This document shows positions 24,725 to 37,019 of a DNA stretch of 64,000 nucleotides, one piece after another. Made by a program: the position numbers and the translations under genes. The stretch's first letter is position 1. Every line of letters starts with the position of its first letter. This DNA comes from Azolla caroliniana (Eukaryota > Plantae > Polypodiophyta), in assembly GCA_043228905.1 (NCBI GenBank), contig JBHGNT010000008.1, forward strand, positions 7,750,001 to 7,814,000, given 5' to 3'. The notes below the pieces were generated by a model. That model did not search any database. It was not told where the DNA came from and saw nothing but the letters and a program-made list of their open reading frames with translations.

Positions 24725-25931
24725 GTGATCTACAGGATGAAATCTATATGCAGCAGCCGAAAGGCTTTGTGGCATTCGGCCGGGAACATCTAGTCTGCCG
24801 ACTCAGGAAGAGTTTATACGGCCTGAAACAGGCAGCCCGATAGTGGTACAAGAAGTTCGACGACTTCATCCAATCGGTCGGCCTCTCCAAGAGCGATGAG
24901 GACCACTGTCTCTTCACCAAAACAACTCAAGACGGGTCTCCCGGCTTCCTCATCATTTACGTGGCCGACATGCTACTCTTCGGCCGACATGTCGGAGAGC
25001 TCACCAAACTCGTTCGGAAATTGCGGTTGAAGTTTGCCATGAAGGACCTCGGTCCGGCAAGACACATACTTGGTATGAAGATTAGTCGGCATCGCGATAA
25101 ACGATAACTTTTCTTGTCTCAAACCGACTACATCGGATGTGTCTTGGAACGCTTCAACATGCACTCGACCAAGTCTACTTCGACCCCACTCGCCATTAAC
25201 CTTCATCTGTCTCAGCGAGACTGCCTGATATCCGGTCCGAATGGGGAAGATATGAAGTCGGTACCGTATGCACAGACAATAGGCTCCCTTATGTACGCGA
25301 TGGTCGCGACACAACCTGATATTTCTCACCCGAAGGAGTTGTCAACAGATTCATGCAGAACCCAGGCCGATCGCACTGGAACGCAGTCAAGCATGTGTTT
25401 AGATATCTAGCTAGCACAAAAGAGCACGACATTCTTTTTGGCCCGAACTCAACCTTAGGCGTAGTCGGTTACACTGACTCGGACTTCGCCGGTTGCGTGG
25501 ACAGTCGAAAACCAACAACCGGATATTGTTTCAAATTCGGCAATGGAGCAATCTCATGGAAGTCGAAACTACAGGAGTGCATAGCCACCTCAATGACCAA
25601 AGCGGAATATGTAGCTGCGTCCGACGCGACAAAAGAAGCTTTATGGCTCGATCGGCTGGCGCACACGTTTTGACAAGTCGACTTCGACTCGGCTCCAATT
25701 GTCTACAGCAACAGTCACGGTGTTGTTGCTTTGTCAAAAAATCCGGTTCAACGCAATGCCTCCAAGCATATCGACGTTCGATATCACTTTGTTCGGAACT
25801 GTGTCATTTCAGGGAAAATCGGTCTTGAGAACATATCCACAACTGATAATGTCGCAGATGGAATGACCAAGTGTCTTTCGGCGGACCGCTTCTGGTCCCT
25901 TCAGCACCAGATGGGCGTAACGAAAAATTAG
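24725..25931 (+). pseudogene. Copia RT-RNaseH
   Basis: [47 protein letters not shown]. Confidence 0.92.
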
Positions 25932-26329
25932 TCCGGTTAAAGTCGGACACACAACACAGGATGGTTTCGGACAACCGACATCGGTTCTTTGAGGATCGGC
26001 TTCAGCTCTTCCGACCCGACCAGTTCGGTTCTTTGTCTTCAGATCTTGCCGACTCGAACAAAACCGATCTGTCCAATAAACCTTGTATATACCTATAATT
26101 TCAGATAACCCATGTATACACCCACGGGGGAGTGTCGAATACGAGTGTATAATGGCCATATTCACACTGTCCATTTGGACAACCCAAGTTTGGGCTATTT
26201 CTGTAAATAGCATAAAGGGGCAGTTGCCCTAGGATAGTCACTATATAAAGTGACTTTGTAACCTTTAGTGGAGGTTGGTGGTCATTTGTAACTGTTGCTA
26301 TTAAGAAATAAAACGTTTCTGCATGCCTA

Positions 26330-26360
<31 letters not shown>

Positions 26361-26689
26361 TATTCTCATACACAACTCCTTCAACATCACAGATGTTGTT
26401 TGTTCTTCTGCACTGACGACCTTGTCCCCAACAAATCATCGGTGGGTAGACCCTAGATGTAAGAGAGGTTTAGGGGTTTAGGAGGGGTGTAGGGTTTAGG
26501 GTTGATGACCTTGCAGTCGTAACAAGGAGTGTGGAATGGTGGATCATCGGCAGGTAGAGGTGCGCGAATAGGAAAACCAAGCTCGATTTGAGCACACCTG
26601 AATCGAAGATGAGGTAGAGGAAGGGAAGAGGGAGATGACATGATTAGGAATAGGGGGTTAGATAAAAGAGGGGGGTAAAGGGAGGGATT

Positions 26690-26983
26690 TAACATACTAA
26701 TTAAAAATAAAGTGCAAGAGAGAGAGGGGGAGGAAAGGAGGGAGATTAATACATAATTAAGCCTAGGATTAAAAATAAAAAAAATGAGATTGAAGATATA
26801 ATTAAAATTTAAAAACGAGGCGTAAGGGGAGGGGAGAGGATTAACATACTAAGCCTAAACATAAACACTAATGGAAATGATTAACACATAAAACATAATA
26901 AGAAAAAAAGAACATAATCCAAAAACTAAAACATAATCATAAATCTAGAAACATAAACCTAAAAACAAGGTAAGGGGAGAGTA

Positions 26984-27050
<67 letters not shown>

Positions 27051-27173
27051 CAGCATAATTAAGTCTAAGATTAAAACTAAAAACGAGATTAAAAATATAG
27101 TTAAAAATTTAAAAGAGGGATAAGGGGAGACGAGGGGATTAACATCCTAATTAGAAACAAGATTAAAACCTAA

Positions 27174-27220
<47 letters not shown>

Positions 27221-27400
27221 AAACATAATTAAGTGTAAGATTAAAACTAAAAACGAGATTAAAAACATAGTTAAAAATTAAAAAGAGGGGTAAGGGGAGA
27301 CGAGGGGATTAACATCCTAATTAAAAACAATATTAAAACCTAATTAAAAAGGGGGGGGGGGAGAGAGAGAGAGAGAAACATAATTAAAATATGTAATTAT
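26690..27400. repeat. About four copies of a ~170 bp A-rich unit separated by (GA)n
   Basis: 27048-27180 and 27217-27350 are near-identical (CATAATTAAGT.TAAGATTAAAACTAAAAACGAGATT...GGGGAGACGAGGGGATTAACATCCTAATT). Confidence 0.85.
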
Positions 27401-27436
27401 CATTAGAAAAAATTACATGGGTAGGGGGGTTGGGGG

Positions 27437-27503
27437 TCATGGTCTAATGCTACTGACAAACTAGTTTCGCCCCTAAGGGCTCATCAGTGCCATAAGACCA
27501 TGA
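27437..27503 (-). ncRNA. Minimal type I hammerhead ribozyme
   Basis: UCAUGGUCU-UA-UGGCA CUGAUGA GCCC UUAG GGGC GAAA CUAG UU/UGUCA-GUAGCAUU-AGACCAUGA: full catalytic core, stem II GCCC/GGGC, palindromic stem III AACUAGUU, GUU cleavage triplet, stem I UGGCA/UGUCA plus a 9 bp distal stem. Confidence 0.88.
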
Positions 27504-28361
27504 GTGGATTTGAGGGGGTTTATATAGGGTTTAGGAGGGAGGGGTAAGGTGGATGGTAGAGAGGGTTCAAATTAGGGAGTGGGGGGTGAGAGGGTGCTAT
27601 GTGCACATGTGCCCTTAAGAAAGGAAAGGGTAGTGGGTTTTAATGTGGTAAGGGTGTATAAGAAAAGGAAAAGGGAATGGTGATAAGGGCAGTGGTAATG
27701 TGTGCAAAAAGGTTGAGAGGGAAAGGATTAGGCACAGGGAGAGAGAGAGAGAGAGAGAGAAAAGGTCGGGTGGTAAGGTAAAAAGGTAAAGCTAGGGGGA
27801 GGGGTTGAGGTGTAGATAGGGAGGGGTATAAGGAGAGTTAGGTAAAATGGAAGAGGGGTAGAGGTGTAAATAGGGAAAATTAGAGGGGTAGAGTAAAAAA
27901 GGTTAAAGGTGGGAGGGGGTGGAGGTAAAAGTGAGGGAGGGGTAGAGGTATGATAATAAGAAAAAAGAAAAAGGAAGGTGAGGGTTTAAAGGGGTAGGAG
28001 GGAATTTAAACAAAGGTAAGGGGAAGGGTAGGGTGGTAATTTAGGAAAAGTGAGGGCAAGGGTAGGGTGGTAATTTTGAAAAGTAGAGGGAGGGGTAGGA
28101 GGGTAATTTGGGAAAGTAATGGGAGGGGTAGGAGGGTAGTTTTAGGAAAGTAAAGAGGGGGTAGAGTTTTGAAAAGATACAAAATGCCGGCTACTAAAAA
28201 TGTAGTTCCGAGCACATCTTACAAACGGGAAAAAAAGGAGGGGAACTAAAATAAAACATTACACGGCTACATTAAGTAGTCCCGTGTTTAACAAAAGAGA
28301 GGTGTATGAGGGGATGTCGGGGAGCGATGCGTATGAGGGGGATGTCGAGAAGCGAGAGAAA

Positions 28362-28415
28362 GACCACTTAACACTGATGAGCCCCATATGGGGTGAAACT
28401 TGTTTGCTCGTGGCC
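28362..28415 (+). ncRNA. Second, partly decayed minimal type I hammerhead ribozyme
   Basis: GACCAC-UUAACA CUGAUGA GCCCC AUAU GGGGU GAAA CUUG UU/UGCUC GUGGCC: core intact, stem I and stem III palindrome imperfect. Confidence 0.72.
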
Positions 28416-28471
28416 ATTCCCATTTCCCCTATCTCATTGTAAACTCTATCTTAATGAAGATTAGTTTTGTT

Positions 28472-28517
<46 letters not shown>

Positions 28518-28886
28518 CTCATGGGTATGTTTTAATCTTATTTAGTGTTTTATTGTTATGTAGAGTTTTAGTTTTAGTATTTTGATCCCTCTTCTCCCTC
28601 TCCCCTCCCTCTACCTCTTCTAATCGTCGCCTACACCAAGCTTTGTCTACGATGCGGGTGCACTCAAATCGATCTTGGTGGTCTCGTCTCCCTCTCGACT
28701 TATCTACAACCCACCAATGATTTCCCCGTTCTGCACTCCTTGTACCGGCCGTAAGGTCAACAAAAACTCACATGCCATGAGTTTTGTGGACATGCTCCGT
28801 ATTGCTATTGAGAGAGGACATGCTCCATATTTGAGTGGTGTATTGGCCCACACTCCTTGTTGGCCGTAAGGCACTAATGCTAAAAA

Positions 28887-29858
28887 GGACCGCACATCGT
28901 TGGTCACGCCCGTTCGTGTTCCAATTCTATGCATGGTTGCTCACGTCCATCCGTGTTTAGTTCTTGGTGAGGGCCACATGGTCGCGTACGCTCGTTCGTG
29001 TTCTAGTTCTCGGTGAAGGCCGCATGGTCTCTCACGCCCGTTCGTGTTTTCGATGAGGATCGCACATGGTCGCACACGTTCCAGTTCTCGATGAGGGCCA
29101 CACATGGTCACTCACTCCCGTTCGTGTTCCAGTCTCCAGTGAGGACTGCACATGATCGCTCACTCCTGCTATTGTTCGTGTTCCAGATCCCGGCAAGGAC
29201 CGACATGGTCGCTCATGCCCGCTATTGTTCATGTTCCAGTTCCCGGTGAGGACCACGCATGGTCGCTCACGCCTGTTGGTGTTTGTGTCCCAACTCTCGA
29301 TGAGGACCGACATGGTCTCTCATGTCTGTTGGTGTTCGTGTTTCCAGTGAGGACAACACATGGTTTCACACACTCACCACTTCCCGTTCACCCCTACACC
29401 GTGCTTTCGAAAAGGCAGCCGTAAAGGGGAGGATAATGTCAGAGACAAGACAACAGTTATGTGAAGATTTGAACTCTTGAACTCTTGTATTATAGTCAAG
29501 TGTTATATTGTAACCAACACATTCAAGTACATAATCATGTTGTATATCTTCATAGATTATCTATTCACGTTCTAGGAGTTTTTGGAAAGTTTTAGAACTA
29601 GAAGGTTCTAGAGGGTTCTAGAATATTCTCCAAAATATTCTCAAGAATATTCTAATGGATGTACTTCAACTCACAATATAAATACATGTAATCTCCTTGG
29701 TCCCTTTCAAGGGATTCAACACCAATCATTGACACATCAATCTAGTATTCTCGTTTCGCCTCATCTTTGTCTCCTTCATCTTTATCTCTGTCTTCATTCC
29801 CTCATGTCACTCACAACATCTAGAGTTCCTAGCTTCATCACGTCTAGCTCCAAGTTCA
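28887..29858 (+). mobile_element. Second copy of tandem-repeat 3' UTR + PPT + LTR (LTR from 29437)
   Basis: Colinear with ~18030-18798 and extends further; right end approximate. Confidence 0.8.
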
Positions 29859-29914
29859 TATGTTGCTCATAGCCCTACCATCTGTGCTCCGTCCTAGTTC
29901 GCACTTGGTGTGTT

Positions 29915-31013
29915 TGTGATAGTAATTGTGCCTGAGCAGGTACTGGTGCATCTTGTACGACCAAGATGCGTAGTTGGATCTGTCGAGCTTCTCCGTCGGG
30001 ACCGAGCTAGCCATTCCTCTGTCCATTCTAACCTTTGTTTTCTGTTCTCTTCCAGGTGTTAGGGTTTTGTCAAAGTTAATACCCGGAAGCTTTGACAAAC
30101 CGGTTTATCCAGATAGCAACATTAAAACAGAGAATGAAGGTTTAACGGAAGCTTAAGAACAGAGAATACACAAGAGAGATAGAGAGAGTAGAAAGCATAA
30201 ACTCGATTAAAAAATAATAACACTCTAGACATAGGATGTGCTCAATGAGCACTCTTTATACACGTCCACAAGGACTAACAGAAGTACTATGTACTTCAAT
30301 GCTCATACGAGCGGCTGACACTAACTACGAGGACCATGACTACCTAGTAGTCTAGAAGCGTAGACCTCTAAACGGCCTTCCAGTACACACATGGGTCTGG
30401 CTCCTCGATCCCAATATGGCTCCTGGTTCTGGATACTATCTGGACACCGACCCGGATACAATCCGGCTCTGGCTTATCCAGCCGATCTAGATCCGATTGA
30501 GCTTGCTCCCTCAACAGGTTTGTCTTCGGAAAACGCTCATCAGTTGTAGAGGTTCTCAACCCTCGTGCTCTGATACCATGTGAAAGTTGTGCGGAAGTTA
30601 GGACAAAAACGGCTAGTCCGGATAACAACGGAACTCAGAATGAAGGTTTAATGGAGAGCTTGAATACATGCAAGAGACAGAGAGAGTAGAATAGAATAAT
30701 ATTGTATTCAAAATAATAAGCACTATGTACATACAATGTGCTCAGTGAGCACTTTTATACAAGTCCTTAAAAGGACTGACAGAAGTACTTACAAGTAATT
30801 CAATGCTCATATGAACAACTGACACTGACTCCTAAAAATATGTCTACGTACTAGGCTAGATTTGTAGGCCTCTAACGGCCTACCGGTTACAATCCGATCC
30901 AGCTCCTAGTTCCGGATACCATCCGAACACTGATCCGGTTCTTCGTTCCGGACTATGATCCAACTCTGGCTTGTTCAACTGATTCGGATCCGGTTGAGCT
31001 TGTCCGCTCAATA
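29915..31013 (-). mobile_element. 5' end of a Copia element (family C): LTR 30579-31013, PBS and gag start
   Basis: PBS TGGTATCAGAGC at 30578-30567; MASSVPTEKLDRSNYASWSYKMHQYLL. Confidence 0.88.
30068..30516 (-). mobile_element. Solo LTR of Copia family C inserted in the leader of a family C element
   Basis: TGTCAAAG...CTCAACA with a perfect TSD GGTTT; homologous to 30579-31013 and 41499-41923. Confidence 0.88.
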
Positions 31014-31654
31014 GTTTCCCGTAGTGACAATGCTCGCAGAAGTCCGTCTTCACCTGGAGTTTTGAATGTAGCCAACCGCCATCAGCTGATCTAGGTCGGC
31101 TTGAGACATATGGCCGAGTCATCCATGCCATAGGTTCGGGTCGGTCTTTTCGGCTACGTTGACGGTGTTGGGGTAGTTGTGGTTCATGCGGTGATGTCGC
31201 AGGGACTAAGGTTAAAGGAAGTTGGCTATATAGTTTATAAGGCTTGTGCGTTGATGTTAGAAAGATTAAGGATAGGAAGACAAAGTAATGTGTGTGAGAG
31301 AGACGAGTATAGATAAAAGATAGAGACAATGTATGATTTAAGAATCAAGAGTATATGTGTTGAGAATCAAGCTCAGCCTAGCCTAGTGTGTGAACACACC
31401 CTTGAGAGTGTATGAACACTCAAAGGTCAAAAGTCACACCACTACTCTTTACACATTAACTATGTGTCATAGAATCCTATTCTATGACACATAACGAATG
31501 AGTTTTCACATTCCCCATGACTCATGAGCTTCGGTAGTTAATGAAGAGAGAGGGTGATTATATAAAGCACTCTTCTCCTACTTTGTAATATGTTGGTTAA
31601 TCTCCTTTATAATATACAATCTTCTTGATTATTTTCTATTATATATCTTGTGTT

Positions 31655-31776
<122 letters not shown>

Positions 31777-31785
31777 CACACTTCC

Positions 31786-33908
31786 AAAAATTCAAAAGCG
31801 AAGTCGAGAAGACAACTGGCAGCCATGTATGATATCTTCGGTTGGACAGAGGAAAGGAATACTTCTCTGATGCGTTCACGGCATACCTTTGACAAGAAGG
31901 AATTCAACGAGAATTAACTTGTCGACACACACCGCAACAGAACTGTGTAGCCGAACGCAAGAATCGGCACATCCTCGAAGTAGCAAGGGCCATGCTAAAT
32001 GAGAAGCATATGCCCAAGTCATATTGGGCAGAAGCTGCAAATACCGTCGTCTACCTCATGAACCGGTGCACAACATCCGGAGTGCATGAGGTCACCCCAC
32101 ATGAGAAATACTATGGGAAGAAGCCGGATCTATCCCATGTAAGGATATTCTGCTCCATTGCATACGTGCACATTCCCGACGAGAAGCGGTAGAAGCTTGA
32201 CCCAAAATCAGAGAAGTGCATCCTCATGGGGTACTCATTGGAGCAAAAGGGGTACAAGTGCTTCAACACCTCTACTTTGAAGGCTCGTGTAAGTCGGGAT
32301 GTCGTCTTTGACGAATCGACATCATGGTACAAACCCGAACCGACTCCTCCCGAACCATCTATGAACGACCTCAACAACACAGAAGAGGATGATAAACTAA
32401 GGTCAATACTTGAAGAGAGTCCGATCTCAACCAGATTGAGCGAACCACAAAAGTCTCCGAGCAACCAAAGCATAACTCAATGAAGTCCAAAGATGGACAA
32501 AGGGAAAGCCAAAATGCCGGAATATGAAGACGATCACTTCGACGACAATGAATCGACTCACTCACTCGATAGTGAGTTCGATGGCTTGGATGTGCCTCTT
32601 GTGAGGTCATCCAGAGTTAAGAAAGTACTCACATCAGCAAATGAGAAACTCCATTGCTCCACCCGAGAGAAGAATCCGGTTAGGTGATTCGGCTACAACG
32701 ACTATATGGCATATCACTATGCCTTTATGATGAAGGTGGCAGCCATTCGAGAACCAGAGAGCTTTGCCAAAGCCGTTAAAGATCCACGATGGGTCGAAGC
32801 GATGAATGAGGAGATGCAAGCTCTCGACAAGAACGTGACATGGGATCTTATCCCTCACTCACCGCACAAGAAGGCAATCAGATGCAAATGGATATACAAA
32901 GTGAAGTATAATACTGACAGTTCCGTCAACCACTACAAAGCTCAACTCGTAGCAAAGGGCTACGCAAAAACACAAGGAGTCGACTATGAAGAGACCTTTG
33001 CCCCGATAGCAAAGATGACAACCATGTGGACCATGATAGCGCTTGCTGCAGCGAAAGGGTGGCACCTCCACCAGATGGATGTCAAGAACGCCTTTCTTCA
33101 AGGCAAATTAGAAGAGGAGGTGTACATGGTACAACCACCCGGCTTCGAATCCTACATTCATTCGAAAGCCGTTTGCCGACTCAAGAAGCCTCTCTATGGC
33201 CTTAAGCAAGCACCACGTGCTTGGCACTCGACGATAGCACAATATCTTCATCGAATCGGCTTCCGAATGTCAAAATCCGACAATTCTCTCTATGTAAGAA
33301 GCGATTCCAAAAATCCGATTGTCATCGTCCTATACGTGGATGATTTGGTCATTCGAGGTGAGCATGTAGCCAACATCAACAAGGTCAAGTCCCTCCTCTC
33401 CAGCAAATTCGAGATGATAGACATGAAAGAGCTCCATTACTTCCTTGGCACTAAGGTAATCCGGACTCCAACCGGAATAATGATCTCTCAATGACACTAC
33501 ATTCTCAAGTTGTTATACAAGTTCGGAATGATTGAGTGTAAATCTGTGGCAACCCTGCTCAATCAAAACCTCAAATTGGATACCGACTTCGGCACCACGG
33601 AGTGTGAGCCGACTCAGTATCGACAACTGATCGGGAGCCTCATCTACCTCACGATCACTCGACCTGACCTGAGCTATCCGGTCAATCTCCTTAGCCAATT
33701 CATGCAGACTCTAGAGATATCCATTTGGATTGTGCTAAGAGAGTGCTACGATACGTGAGTGGAACGATGGACTATGACATTCTCTATAAGTCGGTCACGC
33801 CAATTCAACTCGAAGGGTACACAGATGCCGATTGGGCCGACTAAAAAGCTGATCGACGATCAACCTCGGGTTTCGTCTTCTCCCTCAGAAGTGGAGCCAT
33901 CTCTTGGA
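31786..33908 (+). pseudogene. Copia integrase-RT-RNaseH fragment (family C-like)
   Basis: [58 protein letters not shown]. Confidence 0.92.
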
Positions 33909-35676
33909 GTAGAAACCAGACAAGATCAATGCAACGACTGGGGAAGTGTTGCATCTAAAGGCGGCCACATATATAAGGTGTTTTATAGACCTGACTCTAT
34001 ACAACAACTTCAGCGAAGAAATAGAAACATACGTTCTATGGAAGAAAATCAACGTCATGTTCGAGAACAAGAACGTTGTGAACTGAGTCTCAGTATTTCG
34101 AAAAATCGTGAGCCTTTGGTATCAAGATGGTTCCAGTATGGCGGAGCACATCAATGCCTTCCAAGGATTGATGAACTAAACCACCTCTGGCCGACTAGGT
34201 ATTAGCATTACTGTTGTTGGGATCCCTTCCGGACAACTGGGAGGCTCGTTGTCACTTTGGGCAACGTCGGACTGGAAGGAAAGCATCTATCCTTAGATCA
34301 AGTGAAGTCGAGCTTGCTGAATGAAGAAGCTCGCTTGAAGGACCGAGAGTCCAATATCGACCAGAAGGCCTTAGTCACGGAAGGTGACACGATTCGGGGA
34401 AGAGGCCAAAATCTAAGTCCATAGAACCGAGATAAGTCGGGGACCAGGTCGAAGTCGAGGGGCAAGCCCACGTGCTTCTATTGTGGGAAGCCGGGGTACT
34501 TCTAGAAAAACTATCGACACTTTTGAAAGGAGAAAGGGGGAGCTAATGGTGTAGAGCCAAAAAAAATTCCCGCACAGGAAGAACAAAATGAAGGAGGAGG
34601 AGGAGGAGGAGGAGTTGTTGCTCATAAGTGAGCAAAACGAAGTGAATCTCGTAGGCAAAGAATCGACATGGGTGGTCAATTCAGTTGCGTCGTTTCACCT
34701 AACCCCTGACCGAAAGTGCTTCTCATCCTATAGAGTCAGAGATCTCAGATCTGTAAAGATGGGAAATGAAGGTGCATGCCGAATTGTCGGTATTGGAGAT
34801 GTGTGTTTGGAAACCTCAACCGGGTGTAAACTCGTGTTGAGAGATGTACGACATGTTCGATTGATGAAGGATACATGGGTAGCATCTGGAACGGTGTCAT
34901 GAAGTTCTGCAAGGGAAGTCTGATCGGCTAGATGATGAAGGATAATATTAGCCAATCAGCTAGATGATGAAGGTTACATGGGTAGCATCCGGAACGGTGT
35001 CATGAAGTTCTGCAAGGGAAGTCTGATCATGGCTCGAGCCCAAAAAACCAACACGCCGAGGGGAAGCAAATGTGGTAGCCGGCACGGTCGGTGAACTGTG
35101 GCCCAGGAGGTTGTGCCATATCAGCTAGAAGAGGATGTGAAAGCTTGTCAAGGACAACCTCATTCCTGACACGAAGAACATGGAACTTGAGAAGTGCACG
35201 GATTGCTTGGCTAGAAAGAAGAATCGAACATCCTTCCGAGCAAGGCCCCCGATGAGGAAGAAAATGCCACTAGAACTCGTGCATACGAATGTATGCTATG
35301 TGGACACGAAGTTGCATGGTGGTTCACAATATTTCATGACCTTCATTGATGACTGTAGCCAGAAGTTGTGGGCTTCCCTGCTGAAGACGAAGGATCAAGT
35401 GTTATCCATCTTCAAAGAGTTCTAAGCGAGGGTTGAGAGGGAAACTGGCCGAAAACCGAAGGGAGTCTGAGCAGACAATGGCGGACAGTATCGTGGACCG
35501 TGAGGAATACTGCCGAAATCAAGGAATTCGGCTTGAGTATACCGTGCCGAAGACACCAGAGCTAAATGGGATGGCCGAGAGAATGAACTAGACCGTAATG
35601 GAAAGGGTCTAAAGTATGCTTGCACATGCTAAGTTACCAAAGACGTTCTGGGCTGAGGTGCTGATGACGGCAGCGT

Positions 35677-37019
35677 TGTCGTGTGGTTTTTCACACACGA
35701 TATGAAAAATAGTAAAATAATTATTTACGATTAGCTTAATATATGAATATAGAAGGATAGATGTGTTCAAGAGCTTCATAGCGTATTTTACTACGCATAA
35801 AACGGATAAACAAGTATCAAGTTATGTGAGTGTAAAGTTTGAAGAAACGAAAAGACAAGACAAAACTGTGAGATATCCCACATAGATAGGACAACATTGG
35901 AACCCAGAATATATAAGGGAAACCAAAACATTTTCATTTTATCAATGTGTGGAGCATAGAATGTTCAAGGTGACTTGGGCTACACTCTGTGGTGTGCACA
36001 CTTCGGGCATATGCGTGTATGCATGAAACGCTTCGAGCGTACGTGCGTGTGCATGGCCGAGTGGACGTTTTCGGACGTACGCACGCATGGACGTCTTCGG
36101 ATCTACGCGCGTGTGCAAGTTTTGGGCGTACGCGTGGACGTTTTGGACGGACGTGTATGTGCGAACGCCTGTGTGCGCATGTGCGCATGCATGGATACGT
36201 ACACTACGGAGCGGTCAAGACTTTTGTGTGTGGATGCGTACACGGTGCGGGTTGGACGCGCGCGCGCGTGGATGCGTATACTATGGCGCGGTCGGGACGC
36301 GCGCATGCGTGGATGCGTATACTACTACGCGGTCGAGACTTTTGCGCGCGAACGCGTCTACGGTTTGGTTGCGACGCACGTACGGATTGCGCACAGGCTA
36401 AACTTTATGGATGATTGTGTCATTTGGTCGAATTATACGGACAATCGCATGCAACCAAAAGCCAAGGCCATGCAACTAAAAGTAAAATGCATGCATCTAA
36501 AAATGGAAGCATGCAACTAAAAGCAAAGGCCATGCAACTAAAAATAGAGGCCATCCAACTAAAAGTGGGGATGCAAAATAACATTGGGGAGGAGGATCAA
36601 TGAGGAGCTCGATATATGTCTCATTTTTTCCCTCTTAGTTTTTTTTTTTTCCCCTTCTTCTTCCCTCTCGGATTCGAGAAACAATTTATCTCACATATTG
36701 ATATCAAACTCTTAACTTTTTTTACTTAATCTTTCTTGTCAAAAATTATCTCTCGTATTCATATCGGACCACTCCTTGCATGGTTGTTGGCTCCTTTCTT
36801 TGAAAAATTAATCTCTCATTTCCATACCCAACCCATTGTAACACGATTCTGAAATTATAAAGAATCGATTTTCTTTTGCAATAAACTAATGATTTGTCTC
36901 TCCCAGTTGTCTTATGCTTAAAACTTGCTTGTGTTGTACGTGTTGCACTAAATCCTTCTAGTCCAGAACCCTGGCGGTTCCGTCTCACGATCCGCACATA
37001 GTGATGGATTTTCACGACA
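35677..37019 (+). mobile_element. Solo Gypsy LTR (1343 bp)
   Basis: TGTCGTG...CACGACA inverted termini and 4 bp TSD GCGT/ACGT. Removing it restores the host Copia frame LMTAAYVINR. The 3' motif GTCCAGAACCCTGGCGGTTCC is shared with the tRNA-Trp lineage LTRs. Confidence 0.9.

Larger units (their letters stand above)
18843..26433 (+). mobile_element. Ty1/Copia element, degenerate, containing a Gypsy fragment
   Basis: LTRs 18843-19128 and 26133-26433, TSD GATCA/AATCA, PBS TGGTATCAGAGC (tRNA-iMet) at 19131, PPT GGGGGAG. gag CNYCKKPRHIKADC, PR WLLDSGA, INT LRTDNGGEF, RT/RH GYTDSDFAG and KHIDVRYHF. Confidence 0.95.
26434..28885. mobile_element. Hammerhead-bearing inverted unit (Penelope-like pseudo-LTR pair or retrozyme-like); the left arm continues at 18799-18842
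   Basis: Two outward-facing hammerheads. Each is followed by (CT)n/T-rich DNA and a shared ~110 bp motif (26501-26605 minus versus 28651-28765 plus). No RT or GIY-YIG ORF is seen. Confidence 0.55.

Noticed and set aside
30520-30546. Minus-strand CTGATGAGCG...CGAAG resembling a third hammerhead
   Set aside because: GAAG instead of GAAA, with no credible stem II, stem III or stem I.
30068-31013. TRIM (two LTRs around a tiny internal region)
   Set aside because: The left LTR has its own GGTTT TSD, there is no PPT, and the host leader and gag continue beyond it, so it is a nested solo LTR.
35934-36520. Overlapping Cys/Arg/Val-rich ORFs
   Set aside because: Artefact of the alternating purine-pyrimidine tract inside an LTR.
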